This document shows, piece by piece, positions 41,670-53,304 of a stretch of DNA of 64,000 nt. How positions within the stretch are numbered: the stretch's first letter is position 1; every line of letters begins with the position of its first letter. The notes under the pieces were generated by a model, which was given only the letters and a program-made list of their open reading frames with translations, was not told where the DNA came from and did not search any database. Source of the stretch: an uncultured Planctomycetota bacterium (GTDB taxonomy: Bacteria; Planctomycetota; Planctomycetia; Isosphaerales; Isosphaeraceae); the NCBI GenBank assembly GCA_963823665.1, contig CAWGMQ010000004.1:1184001-1248000 (forward strand), written 5' to 3'. The translations under genes were made by a program, and so were the position numbers.

Positions 41670-43057
41670 CAGAGAGAATCTCCATTCCGGCCGGGGATGT
41701 ATGCGGGCAGGGTCACCGTGAAGACCGCGCCGGTTCCCTCGGTCCGGTTGCCGGCGCCCAGCTCGCCTCGATGTGCCAGCACAATCTCGCGGGCAATGGC
41801 AAGGCCGAGCCCGGTGCCTTCGGGTTTGGTTGTGAAGAATGGCTCGAAAAGATGACCGAGTACCTCGGGCGGCAGCCCAGGTCCGGAATCGGCCACGCTG
41901 GCCGTGACGGTGGAACGGCTCAGGTCGCCGCGTGTCGAAACACGAAGCGTTCCTCCCCTCGGCATCGCCTGGATGCCGTTGCTCGTCAGGTTGCGAAAGA
42001 CCTGCAACAGCGCGGGTGCGGCCATGGCCACAGCCGGCAGATTCGGGTCGAGCTCGATCTCGACGCGCACACCGCTTGGCTCGGCCTGGCTCGTCGCAAG
42101 CCGCCCCGCTTCAGCCAGCACAAAATTCAGATCGCCCGCCGCGAGTTCCTGGGCGTCGGCCCTCGAGAACTGAAGCAGCCGCGAGACGATTTCCTCGAGG
42201 CGGTCGACCTCGTGGACCAACCCGCCCAGCGATTCGTCATCCAGCCCGAGAACTCCGCGCTGCCAGAGCTGGGCCGTCGATCGAATGCCGGCCAGCGGGT
42301 TGCGAACCTCGTGTGCAACCCCGGCGAGAAGCTTGCCCAGCGCGGCCAGACGCTCGCTTCGTCGCAGGTCGGTCTGCAATCGTTCCCGCTCGACAGCCTG
42401 ACGGCGAACGGTCAGAGCCAAACCCGTGGTCAGCGCGAACGCGAGGGCGATGCCCGCCAGCGCCAACCCCGATGCAAGCCGGTAGCCCTGGAGCGAAGCG
42501 TCGACGAACAACGGATCGAGCAGGCGAGTCATCACCCAGCTCGCACCGACGACTCGCCCCTTGACCTCCAGCGGTGCAGTGCGAATGGCTACGGTAACCG
42601 GGCGTTCGCCTTCCAGCTCCTCGACGGAAAAGAGCACCTGCTTTCGTCGAATCGCGGCGTCGACCTGGATGTCGATCAGGTCGGCCTCGAGCTCGGGCAG
42701 AGCGGTGCCCAGGAAACTCTTGAACCTCAGGACGAAGTAGCCGCCCTCGATCTCGATCCCTGCGAACGTCGCGAGCGCCTGGTTGGTCGTGGCCGAAAGG
42801 TGCCGGTCTAGCTCATCGCGTGAACGTTCCTCCGGGTAGTCGAAATCGCCCGCTTCCGCAATGAGCTCGCGGCCGCGAGCCGCAAGGTCATTTCCCGCAA
42901 GCTCGAGCAGGTCCTTCGCCTGCGACCTGCGCCTCTCGCGCGCCACGACAGCCGATCCAGTCGTCCAGAGCACGACGAGGGCCGCGACGAACAGCGCTGC
43001 CACCACACTCACCTGAAGCGCGAGAGGCACCCTCAGCTTGACCCGGCCAAATGACAT
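41669..43057 (-). CDS. Membrane sensor histidine kinase
   Basis: Two TM segments; AHEVRNPL, DSGPG, FEPFFTTK, GTGLGL. Confidence 0.92.
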   Translation of the reverse strand: MSFGRVKLRVPLALQVSVVAALFVAALVVLWTTGSAVVARERRRSQAKDLLELAGNDLAARGRELIAEAGDFDYPEERSRDELDRHLSATTNQALATFAGIEIEGGYFVLRFKSFLGTALPELEADLIDIQVDAAIRRKQVLFSVEELEGERPVTVAIRTAPLEVKGRVVGASWVMTRLLDPLFVDASLQGYRLASGLALAGIALAFALTTGLALTVRRQAVERERLQTDLRRSERLAALGKLLAGVAHEVRNPLAGIRSTAQLWQRGVLGLDDESLGGLVHEVDRLEEIVSRLLQFSRADAQELAAGDLNFVLAEAGRLATSQAEPSGVRVEIELDPNLPAVAMAAPALLQVFRNLTSNGIQAMPRGGTLRVSTRGDLSRSTVTASVADSGPGLPPEVLGHLFEPFFTTKPEGTGLGLAIAREIVLAHRGELGAGNRTEGTGAVFTVTLPAYIPGRNGDSL

Positions 43058-43185
43058 CCTCGAAACCTCGACTCTGCGGCCTTCTGATGACAACCAGGAA
43101 CCACGATCACTTCCTCCGCTCCATATTTTCGCAAAACTCGCGCCATGTCGCCAAATGCTCGTCTCGTTGGAATTCGTCGCAGCAG

Positions 43186-43229
43186 GTGGGCGGAATTCCC
43201 ACACACGGTTGGGCGGCACACCGCCCAAC
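43186..43229. promoter_or_regulatory. Two adjacent palindromes, candidate enhancer (UAS) sites
   Basis: GTGGGCGGAATTCCCAC at 43186-43202 and perfect GTTGGGCGG-CACA-CCGCCCAAC at 43208-43229. Confidence 0.55.
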
Positions 43230-43278
43230 AATCGCAAGAGATCGCTCCGAATGGGCCGAAAAGGCCCCTTTCGCGAAT

Positions 43279-43293
43279 TGGCACCAGGCGTGC
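43279..43293 (+). promoter_or_regulatory. Sigma54 -24/-12 promoter
   Basis: TGGCAC-CAGGC-GTGC with correct GG-N10-GC spacing, about 85 bp before ATG 43379. Confidence 0.7.
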
Positions 43294-43378
43294 GTTATGC
43301 CGATCCTTGTCGTCCGGCGACCCCCGTCGCCGATCACTGAGGCAAGCCGAGAACGATTCGTTTCAAGAAGGAAGAACA

Positions 43379-44172
43379 ATGATAACCAAGCTGATTGCCA
43401 CGGTTTCCTCCGTCGTGGCGAGCGTCGCCCTGGCGGCCCTTTTTCCACCACAAACGCGCCCACCGGCGCCCCCCCGCCGCCGCCGAAAGCCAAAGGCAAA
43501 GGCGAGGGCAAGAAGAAAGCCGAGCGAGAGCCCGGCGGAGATTTGCGAAAGGCGTACACACTCCTGCGCCGGTTGCGAGCGAGCGACGGAATGGCGGGCC
43601 GGACCGACGAGCGGCTCCGTGAGTGGACCGATCAGGCGGCCAAGCTGTACCGTAAAGCACTCACGGCGCAGACTGGCGGCGACGCCCTCATCGCCCGCGA
43701 GTATGGCGCGGCCGCTCACGATCTGGCGCGGGCCGTCGACCACGCACGAAACGCAGCCCGGTACGACCGCCCCGATCCGGATCTTCCGGATCCATCCGAC
43801 GACATCGAGGGCGACGAGACTCGCGAGCGAGCACAGCGCGACCTGCGCCGCGCTTACGAACGAATCACTTGGCTCGGGACATGGGAGCCCGCGGCGGATT
43901 TGACGGTTTATGTCAAGGCCGCGCAGGACTTGTATAACGCCGCAAGGCGCGACCTCGCGGCAGGCCGTGACGAGCGTGGGGACGAGCTCGCCCGTGCTTC
44001 CGAGGCGATGACCCACGTGCCCGAGCACCTCGCCCAGGCCGGCGATCGCGACCGGTTCGCACCGCGCCCGGCCCCCGTGCCACCACCCGAGTCTCCTGCG
44101 CCAAAAGGCAAGCGGGCCGAGCGCCGCGAGCTTGAAAACTCGGGTCTACCGCCGATCCTGCCGCCGCGTTAA
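43379..44172 (+). CDS. Exported helical protein with Pro-rich ends (frameshift near 43445)
   Basis: MITKLIATVSSVVASVALAALFPPQ continues in another frame with PPPPKAKG and two DLR(K/R)AY...A..LY..A repeats. Confidence 0.7.
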
Positions 44173-44256
44173 GTCGGGCGAGACTCCGATCGCGGACCAA
44201 CCGGGCGTGCCTCGCGATTTCTGCCGAAGAGCCGTCACCAGAAAGGCTGAGCACAC

Positions 44257-45498
44257 ATGGACTGGCGCAACCGCATCGGGCTTTACGGATCCTACTTCTT
44301 CGGCGTCGCCGGCATCGGCTTCACACTGCCATTCCTTCCGCTCTATCTCGGGCAAGAGGGGCTATCCGACCGGGCGATCGGCCTGGTGTCGACACTCGCA
44401 GCGCTTGCCGGCCTCGCCCAGTTTCCCATAGGGATCTGGTCGGACCGGCTATCCACGCGCCAGCCGTTCCTCATCGTTTCATTGGGCATTCTGACCCTGG
44501 CGACGTTGCTGCTCCATGAAACGCATCAGCCAATCTGGGTTGCGCTCCTGGTCGTGCTCTTCGCTGAGAACGGAATCTGCCGCGCGGTGGTCGAAAGCCT
44601 CACCGGCGCCGAGGCTGCCGCGCTGGCCCGTGCGGGCCAAGTGGGCGCGGCGCTCGGCGCTCTGCGGATCTGGAAGCCGATCAGTATCGTCGCCGTCGCG
44701 CTCGCCGGGAGCTGGCTCGCCGAACGGTACGGCCTCGGCTCGATCCTGATACCCCTCACGGTCGTGCAAGGGCTCGGTTTCATCGCGGCTTTCCTGATTC
44801 ACGAGCATGGGAAAACCGCAAGATCGCCGGCTCCTCGAGCCGACACGCCCACCCGAGCACGGCTCTGGAGTGACCATGCCGTCTGGGCGTTCGTAGCGGC
44901 GATGGTCTTGTTCCACGTCGCGAATGCACCGGGCGGCGTGTATCTCGGCCTGTTCTTGAGTCGCGATCTCCATGCGCCCGCGCGCTATCTGGCATACGCC
45001 TTTTGCGTGAGTATGATCAGTTGGGCGGTGGTCGTGTGGCCGGCGGGGTGGCTCGCCGACCGCTGGGGCCGTCGTCCGCTCTTGATCCTGGCTTGGGCGG
45101 GAATGGCTCTGCGCCTGGGAGTGGTCGCCGTGGCTCATACTGCCGCGCAATTGATCGCCAACCAGGCCCTCGACGGCACCTGCAACGCCATGTTTGCGGT
45201 GGTGGCCGCGGCGTGGGTGACCGACCGCCTCGGCGACCAGAGGCGCTCCGGCGAAGCCCAGGTGATCGTGGGCTCCTGCCTCGCCCTGGGCTCGGCAATC
45301 GGCCCGGCGGTCTCCGGCTATCTGGTGGAGGCACTCGGCTACCGTGGGCTCTTCGGCGCGCTGGCGGCCGCGGGCGCCGTCGCAACGACGATCGTCGTCA
45401 TCGGCGTTCCGGAGACCGTGGCCAGGCCCCGCGACGAGCACAGCCGGCCAACCGAAGATCTCGTGGTGGCGGGAGCAGAGCTTGCCGATGTTCCGTGA
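44257..45498 (+). CDS. MFS transporter
   Basis: About 12 TM segments; GIWSDRL and GWLADRWGRRP motif A copies. Confidence 0.9.
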   Translation: MDWRNRIGLYGSYFFGVAGIGFTLPFLPLYLGQEGLSDRAIGLVSTLAALAGLAQFPIGIWSDRLSTRQPFLIVSLGILTLATLLLHETHQPIWVALLVVLFAENGICRAVVESLTGAEAAALARAGQVGAALGALRIWKPISIVAVALAGSWLAERYGLGSILIPLTVVQGLGFIAAFLIHEHGKTARSPAPRADTPTRARLWSDHAVWAFVAAMVLFHVANAPGGVYLGLFLSRDLHAPARYLAYAFCVSMISWAVVVWPAGWLADRWGRRPLLILAWAGMALRLGVVAVAHTAAQLIANQALDGTCNAMFAVVAAAWVTDRLGDQRRSGEAQVIVGSCLALGSAIGPAVSGYLVEALGYRGLFGALAAAGAVATTIVVIGVPETVARPRDEHSRPTEDLVVAGAELADVP

Positions 45499-45558
45499 CG
45501 TTCACGAAATCCAGACCGTTCCTCGATTCTCTGATCCGCGTTCGATTCGGAGGAAGCA

Positions 45559-46809
45559 TTGTCACTGACCACATCCTCAGCCTCAGTTCCCCTGGTTTCG
45601 ACGATCTTCGGCCTGACCTACCTCGGGCTGGCAGCCGGAAGGATCCCCGGCCTGCGGATTGACCGTGCGGGCATCGCCCTGGTCGGTGCGGCCGCCATGC
45701 TAGGCACCGGCGTGCTCTCGATGCGAGAAGCCGCCAAGGCTGTCGATTACGCCACGATCGTGCTTCTCTTCGGCATGATGGTCCTGGTCGCTCATCTGCG
45801 CCTGGCGGGCTTCTTTGCCCTGGCAACGGAACGCATCGCCGGACAGTTTTCCGGCCCTTTTACACTTCTCGCAGTGACCATCGCGCTCTCGGGTGTCCTC
45901 TCCGCATTCCTGGTCAACGACGTGGTCTGCGTGGCACTCACGCCGCTGGTGCTCGAGCTATGCCCGCGACTCAAACGGCCGCCGATCCCCTACCTCGTCG
46001 GTCTGGCCACAGCCTCAAACGTGGGATCGGTCGCCACGATCACAGGCAACCCCCAAAACATGATCATCGGCTCGCTTTCACAGATTTCCTACTTGCGCTT
46101 TGCCGGACGGCTCGCACCCGTCGCGCTCGTCGGGCTATTTCTGAATTTCGCGGTCGTGGCGCTCGTCTACCGCACTACGCTCCTGGCAACAGCTCGAGCC
46201 GCCGATATGGCGGATGAGACGACTCGCCCCAGAGTGCATCGCGCGCTCCTGGGAAAAAGCCTGCTCGTGACCATCGTCACGGTCGGGCTCTTCTTCGCGG
46301 GCCTACCAATCGCGCTCGTCGCACTCGTGGCGGCGGGGGTGCTCTTGCTCGGGCGCGTGCGCCCCGAAAAGGTGTACAACTCCATTGATTGGCCGCTCCT
46401 CGTCATGTTTGCCGGCCTTTTCGTCGTCGTGAATGCATTCGAGACAAATGTCGTACAAACCTGGGGGCTCGAGCGCTGGGACGCACTTCTGCAATCGCCC
46501 GTGGTCCTCGTCAGCGGGTTATCGCTAATCTTGTCGAACCTGGTTTCAAACGTACCGGCCGTCTTGCTCTTCAAGCCGCTCATGGAAGTGATGCCAGAGC
46601 GCGAGCAGGCGTGGCTGGCGCTGGCGATGTCGAGCACGCTGGCGGGAAACCTGACGGTACTGGGATCGGTCGCGAATTTGATCGTCGTCGAAAGTGCGCG
46701 GCGCTCGGGAACACACCTGGGGTTCCTCGAATACCTCAAGGTGGGCGTGCCGCTAACGATCCTGACAACGCTCGCGGGCGTGGCGTGGCTAGCTGTGACC
46801 CACTATTAA
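45559..46809 (+). CDS. ArsB/NhaD superfamily anion permease
   Basis: DRAGIAL, SAFLVND, ASNVGSVATITGNPQN, SNLVSNVPA, AGNLTVLGSVAN. Confidence 0.9.
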   Translation: MSLTTSSASVPLVSTIFGLTYLGLAAGRIPGLRIDRAGIALVGAAAMLGTGVLSMREAAKAVDYATIVLLFGMMVLVAHLRLAGFFALATERIAGQFSGPFTLLAVTIALSGVLSAFLVNDVVCVALTPLVLELCPRLKRPPIPYLVGLATASNVGSVATITGNPQNMIIGSLSQISYLRFAGRLAPVALVGLFLNFAVVALVYRTTLLATARAADMADETTRPRVHRALLGKSLLVTIVTVGLFFAGLPIALVALVAAGVLLLGRVRPEKVYNSIDWPLLVMFAGLFVVVNAFETNVVQTWGLERWDALLQSPVVLVSGLSLILSNLVSNVPAVLLFKPLMEVMPEREQAWLALAMSSTLAGNLTVLGSVANLIVVESARRSGTHLGFLEYLKVGVPLTILTTLAGVAWLAVTHY

Positions 46810-46829
46810 CCGAATGAAGTGAGCGTGAC

Positions 46830-47106
46830 ATGGACAACGGGAAATCACCTCCCTCGCGCCAAAGCTCACGCGCACTCGACGTGGTCAATTTCCTGCTTGC
46901 CGACGTCCGGGACGGGCTCGGCCCGTATCTGGCGATTTATCTGAGCGTGCGCCGGTTTCTTCACGCTTGCGGCAATCGCCGTGGTCGCGCTGGCGTTCTA
47001 CGCTCCGGCCATGCCCGAGACCCGCCCGCTTCCCGTTGCCGTTGATCACGCTCAAGCCAAGGTCGCCGCTCCCCACACCAGTTTCTTCATAGACCCGACA
47101 TATTGA
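46830..47106 (+). pseudogene. MFS transporter with a large internal deletion
   Basis: N-terminus RALDVVNFLLADVRDGLGPYLAIYL joined out of frame near 46950 to a last TM helix AGFFTLAAIAVVALAFYAPAMPET. Confidence 0.75.
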
Positions 47107-47110
47107 GGAC

Positions 47111-48175
47111 ATGATTCCAATGCCAGCAGAACCGGTCATCGTGGTGATTCCCGGAGACCTTCACCTCACGGAGCCGGGCCTGGAGAATCACCGCGTTGCG
47201 CAATGGATGGTTGAAGATGTCAACCGAATAATCAAGCCCGACTTCGTTCAGTTCATCGGCGACAACGTCCAGGACGCAACGCCCGAGCAGTTTCGCCTCT
47301 TCGACGACCTGCGTCTGAGGCTGAATAGCCCGCATTTCGTCCTGGTTGGCGACCACGACGTCAAAGGCGATTCCTCGGCTGAGGAATTCCGGCGGAATGT
47401 CGGCGCCCCCTACGGCTCGCACTCCCTGCGCGGCTTCAAGTTCATCCGGCTCAACACACAGGAGTCTCGACCGCTGGGGATCTCCAAGGAACAGATCGCC
47501 TGGTTTCGCGAGGAAATCGAGCTGGCCCTCGCTGCGGACGAGCGAATCGTCATCTTCCAGCACAACTATCCCTACCAGATCTGGGAGAATTTCAGCGGAC
47601 CGGGAATTGACGCATGGCGTACGATCGTCCACACGAGGCGAGTCGAAACCATCGTCTGTGGCCATACTCATTACTGGCAGATAGCCAACGACGGCTGGAA
47701 CGTGGCCATCGCCACGCGCTCGATCGGCGACCCCGAAGGCGGGCCTCCCTGCTACACACTGCTCTACCTGCATGAAGACGACTTGGCCGTGACCTACCGC
47801 ACGGTGGAAGATCGCACCCCGCTCGTTCTGATCACGCACCCCAGAGCTCGTATTCTTGCGACGAGTGCGCATCACGTCGTGAAGGCCGCAGACGAAGTGC
47901 GCGTGTGCACTTGGTCCGACAACCGCGTCTCCTCCGTTCGCTACCGAGTGAGTGATGCCGCGTTCAGTGACATGGAGCCACGTGGTAACGGCGTCTGGTC
48001 AGGGCCGCTAAAATCGGATCGGCTCTCGAAGGGCGTCCATGCCCTCGAAGTCATCGCCACCTCTGTGGATGGCACCGAAGCATCAGAGCGGCTGGGATTC
48101 ATGTTCGACCCGACAGGTCGCTACACAGCCGTGCCCGAAGCGCAGCCCGCCGTGGTGTCCACCGCGTTCTGCTGA
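47111..48175 (+). CDS. Calcineurin-like metallophosphoesterase with a C-terminal Ig-like domain
   Basis: GDLH, GDN, GDHD, GHTH motifs. Confidence 0.88.
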   Translation: MIPMPAEPVIVVIPGDLHLTEPGLENHRVAQWMVEDVNRIIKPDFVQFIGDNVQDATPEQFRLFDDLRLRLNSPHFVLVGDHDVKGDSSAEEFRRNVGAPYGSHSLRGFKFIRLNTQESRPLGISKEQIAWFREEIELALAADERIVIFQHNYPYQIWENFSGPGIDAWRTIVHTRRVETIVCGHTHYWQIANDGWNVAIATRSIGDPEGGPPCYTLLYLHEDDLAVTYRTVEDRTPLVLITHPRARILATSAHHVVKAADEVRVCTWSDNRVSSVRYRVSDAAFSDMEPRGNGVWSGPLKSDRLSKGVHALEVIATSVDGTEASERLGFMFDPTGRYTAVPEAQPAVVSTAFC

Positions 48176-48216
48176 GCGCGCGCTTGCGAATTTCTTCGCA
48201 CCGCGATCCGATCCGA

Positions 48217-51200
48217 TCAGCGAGCTCGCGGGACGAAGACGTCGTCCGGCAGATCGATCTGGCCCGGAGTCGCGCGCTTGATTCTTCCGGTCCACTCGGC
48301 CGCCCTTTCGGGCTTTCCCCAGGCCTTGAAAAGGCGAATGACTCGCTCGGCAGCCTCGCCCAGGCGGTGCTTCGAGAGCAACGGGATCTTCGCCTCGCGG
48401 GCTTTCATGCCTTCGTATCCGCCGACGATGAGTGGTTCGGCCGCGACGAAGTTGATCTGCCCGAGCACGCAATCACCGAGCAGGGAGCGGGTGTAGAATG
48501 TCGACCAATCATCGGGCTGAGCCTTTTCGCGCAAGGCAAGGCATTGCTTCAAGACCGACTGCGACTCGGCCCATTTCTGCTGCCTGAGCAGCGCAGCGCC
48601 GAGCGTTGCAATCATCGCCGCCGTGCGGGGATCTTCGGGGCCGAATCGTTTGCCGGCCCGAGGCAGGCTATCCCGAACGAGCAACTCGGCCAGCGCGAAG
48701 CTGCCGGCGGACAGGTACGCATCGGCGAGATCCTGGCGGGCGGCGAGCGATTCGGGATGGTCCGGCGTGAGCTTTGAATCCGCGAGCTTGACATTGATTT
48801 CGTGCATGGCGACCGCCTCGGCGCTCTTGCCCGAGGCGAGCAGGGCATTGGCGAAACCCTTACGGCAACTGATCGTGGTCACATTGTCACGACCCAGGAT
48901 CGGCTCCATGCTCTTGATCGTCGGCTCAAATAAAGCGATCGCTTCGCGTTGGCGTCCAGCGGCTGAATAAGAGAAAGCGAGCGACGACCGACTGAACAGT
49001 GTGTCGGGATGGTCGTGCCCTTGTTTCGTCTCGCGCAGCTTGAGGTTTGCCTCGTGGAGCGCGACCGCCTCGGCCACCCTGCCGACACGTCTGTAGGCCG
49101 AGCCGAGGTTGTTTCGGCTTAGGAGCGTGGCTCGGTGATCGGGCCCGAGCGTCGACTCATTGAACTTGAGTACCTTCTCGACCAAAGGGAGCGCATCCGA
49201 TATCCGCCCCACAGCGTAATAGGCCGCCGCGAGATTATTCCGGCTCATCATCGTCTCGGGGTGCGTTCGCCCGAGAGCCCTTTCGCGTCCCTTGAGTGTT
49301 TTCTCAAACACCGCCGTCGCCTCGGCAACGCGGCCGGATTCGAGATAGGCCTTGCCAAGGTTGTTGCGGCCAAGAAGAGTTTCGGGATGGTCTGGACCGA
49401 GTTTCGGCTCCTCGATCTTGAGGATTGATTCAAGCATTGCGATCGCCTCGCGCATTTTCCCCACGGCCAGGTAAATGAGAGCGAGATTATTGCGGAGTTG
49501 AAGCGTGATCTGATGGGCCGGTCCGAGCGTCGACTCCGCAATCGGCACGCTCCGTTCATTGAGAGCCAGGGCCTCAGGGATCCTGCCGGTCTCGTCGTAC
49601 GCCGTGCTGAGGTTGATACAAGTCGCAAGCGTGTCGGGATGCGAGGGCCCTAGCTTCGCGGTCTGGAGCTTCAGTGCCTGTTCCAAGAGCGCGATCGCTT
49701 GCGGCGCTTTGCCGGCGTCTGTGTAGCAAGCCGCCAGGTGAACGCGCGTGCTGAGCGTTTGGGGGTGATCGAGCCCGAGCTTCGCCTCCTGAAGCGTGAG
49801 CGCGGGTTCGAGAAGCGCGATCGCTTCGCGCGTTCGTCCTGCATCCTTGTATCCAACCGCGAGATGATTGTAACGGGCGAACGTGACGGGATGTTCGGGC
49901 CCGAACTTCGCTTCCACGAGCTTGAGGTTCGACGTCTGCATGGCGATTGCCTCGTCAATCTTGCCCGAATCGCGAAGGGCTGCCCCCAGGTTCTGGCGGG
50001 TGATAAGTGTCGTCGGGTGGGTGGCGCCGAGCGCGGCTTCGGCGAGCTTGAGAGTCGACCGGAAAAGCGAAACCGCATCGGATATTCTGCCGGCTGCCAG
50101 GTAGTCTCTCGCCAGGTCGTTGCGGTTGCCGATCGTTACCGGGTGAGTCGGCCCCAGCTTGAACTCGCGCGCCTTGAGTGTCTCCTCGTGCAGTTTGATC
50201 GCATCGTTCGTGCGGCCGGCGGCGATGTAGGCGTCGGCGAGGCCGCTGAGAAAGACGAGCCTGTCAGGATGTTCGGGGCCAAAGTTCGATTCCACATCCG
50301 GCCGCGCTTTCTCATAGAGTGCGACGGCCTCGGTGGTCCGGCCGGCGGCGATGTAGGCATCCGCGAGGTTGCCGCGGCTGTGAAGTGTATGCGGGTGCCC
50401 GCGCCCCAGCGTCGCCTCCCGCGCTTTGAGAGTTATCTCTTGCAAGCGGATCGCATCGGCCGTGCGGCCTGCCGCGAGTTTGGCCTGAGCAAGGCCGTTG
50501 AAGAAGATGAGCGTATCAGGGTGCTCAGGCCCGAGCATCGTTTCCGATTCTTCGAGCACCGCCTCATAAAGTGCGATCGACTCGGGAATTCGACCCGCCC
50601 GCAGGTAGTCCAGAGCCAGATTGTTCCGGATCTTGCGAGTGTTAGGGTGATCGCGCCCCAACCTCGATTCCATCAGCTTGAGCGTCGACTCATGCAGCTT
50701 GATCGCAACGTCAGTGCGTCCGTCGTCGAGATAAGCACCGGCGAGGTTATTGCGACTGTTAAGTGTATGAGGGTGCTCGGGGCCGAGCTTTGCCTCCCGG
50801 AGCTTCACTGTCGCCTCATGCAGCTTGATCGCATCCGCAGTTCGTCCTGCGGCGTTATAACAGGTTGATAGGTTGTTGCGAGTAACGAGCGTCTCGGGAT
50901 GCTCCGGGCCGAGCTTCGACTCCTCCATCAGTAGTGTCGACTCGTGAAGCTTGATTGCCTCACCCGTGCGTCCGGCGGCTTCATAAGCCTGCGCGAGGTT
51001 GTTGCGGCTGGTGAACACCCGGGGATGGTCTGGGCCGTGCTCCGCCTCGAGCATCTTGAGCGTGGCTTCATGCATCTCGATCGCGCGCGCCGTCTGCCCG
51101 TCGGCCAGGTAGTCTTGGGCGAGATTATTGCGGCCCATGAGTGTCGCTGGGGCAAGGGCGCCCAGCAATCGCTCGTTCAGCTTGAGCGTCGCTTCATCCA

Positions 51201-53216
51201 TCTTGATTGCTCCGGCAGTACGGCCCGCGTCGAGATTGGCGCCGGCAAGACCGGAGCGGCTCTCCAGCGTGTCGGGATGATCGGGGCCAAGCTTTGATTC
51301 ACGCGCCGGGAGTGTCGCCTCATGCAGCTTGATCGCAAGGGCGGTGCGGCCTGCGGCGCGGTAGGCGTTGGCAAGGTTATTGCGACTGCTGAGCGTGAGG
51401 GCGTGGTCTGAGCCGAGGGCCGACTCACGCACCTGGCTGGCCTTCGTGAGCGTCGACACCGCCTCGTCATAAAGCCCCAGACCTCGATAGGTCTCACCCA
51501 GCGCGTCGAGGAGCGCCCCTGGGTCTCCTGCGATCCCGTGAACTCCTGGTCGAGCTGGATGGCAGCGCGGTCCAGCAGGTCAGCCACCTGCACAGTCCGG
51601 CCATCCAGAGAAGGGTCCGGGCTGCGGAACGCATCCGTGAGGAACTCACTGACAGCTTCGGCCTGCCTGCGCGACTCTTCCGATTGCACGAGCGCCCGCT
51701 CGGTCGATTTCTTCGCCGCACGAGTCTCGTCCAGGCGCTCGAGCGCCAGCCCCTCGGCGTCGACCGCTCGGTTGCGATCCGCGCGCCTTTTTCGGCGCAC
51801 TGCGCACGAACTGCCAGAGCCGCGCTCACCACCGCCGCTGCGACAAGCAATAGCACAAAGGAACCCGCCGTGATCAGGCCCGTCCGGTGCTTGCGCGCAG
51901 CTTTCGCAACCGGTACACCGCGCTCGGCGGACCGGCTTCCACCGGGTCGCCCGCCAGATGACGCTCGATGTCGCGCGAAACCCGCTCGCCGACTCGTACC
52001 TCCGAGTCCGGTCTTTCTCCAGCGCCTTCATCACGATCCAGTCGAGATCACCGCGCATCAGCCGGCTCAGACGCGCCGGCTCTGTCTTCCGCAGCGCCGC
52101 GACCGACGCCAATGTATCGCGCACTCCGCTCAGCCGCGTGCTCGGCTTGGGCGGCTCCTCTTCTCGAATTCGCCGCAGAATCTCGGAATAGCCGGCCTCC
52201 CGCAGACGCGGGCGCTCCAGCGGCGTCGAACCCGTCAGCAGCTCATAAAGCATCACTCCCAGCGCGTAAATGTCGGCGCGAGTGTCAATGTCCATCGCCG
52301 AGATCTCGGCCTGCTCGGGGCTCATGTATTCCAGCGTCCCGATGATGGCCCCGTGCTGTGTAAAAAACGTTTGCTCGGTGAGCCGCTGGTCAATCGCTTT
52401 GGCGATGCCAAAGTCGATAACCTTGGGCGTCGGCTTGCCGTCCTGCATCGCGACCAGCACGTTCGACGGCTTGATATCGCGGTGAATGATCCCCTTCTGG
52501 TGGGCGTGCTGGATCGCCTGGCATACGGGAATGAACAGCTCGAGTCGTTCCTTGGGTGTCAGATGCACGGCGTCGCAGTACTCGGTGATCGGCACTCCCT
52601 TGACCAGCTCCATCACGAAATACGGACGTCCGCTGTCAGTAACGCCGGCGTCGAAAACCTTCGCGATGCTGGCGTGGTCCATGATCGCCAGCGCCTGGCG
52701 CTCGGCCTGGAACCGGGCGACGACCTGTTCCGTGTCCATGCCTGGCTTGATGACCTTGAGCGCAACTCTACGACGCACGGGCCGCTCCTGCTCGGCGAGG
52801 TAGACGGCCCCCATACCTCCTTCGCCAATTCGCTGCAGAAGCTTATACGGTCCGATGAGCGTACCCAGGCCCTCGACCAGATGCGGTGCGCCGGGTGATC
52901 CAGTTGCTTCGCGCGCGCCGGCGGACGCAACATCCGTGCAAGTCGCGTTCTCCTCGTGCCGCACCGGACCAGACGGCGAGGTGGAAATCGCCGCCGGGAC
53001 CGACTCCGGATCAGCCGTTGCCAGAAGGTCTGGCGGCCCTTCGAGAAAACCACTGGCCTCACCCAGAGCCCGAAGCAGGGTTTCAACCTTGCGCCGCAGG
53101 TCTCGATCGCCTGCACAGGCGCCATCCAGATAAGCCGCTCGCTCTTCAGTCGACGCGATCTCGACAGCCTCGTCGAAGATTGCTTTCACGTCACCGCGGG
53201 GGCGTTCGCTGGGCAC
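48217..53216 (-). CDS. Ser/Thr kinase with a long array of about 42-aa TPR repeats (frameshifts at about 51500-51980)
   Basis: GEGGMG, HRDIKPSN, DFG, YMSPE; more than 20 LGPxHPxTLxxRNNLA repeats. Confidence 0.9.
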
Positions 53217-53304
53217 GACGTGGATCTCCGTCTTCGGTCACTTGGACGATTTGCTCTGTAATGCGACAACTGGCATCGATCTGTGCCACGAGCGCCCGGT
53301 TTTT

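Noticed and set aside
43430..43490. Programmed frameshift or phase variation at the T/C runs
   Set aside because: Indistinguishable from the window-wide indel noise.
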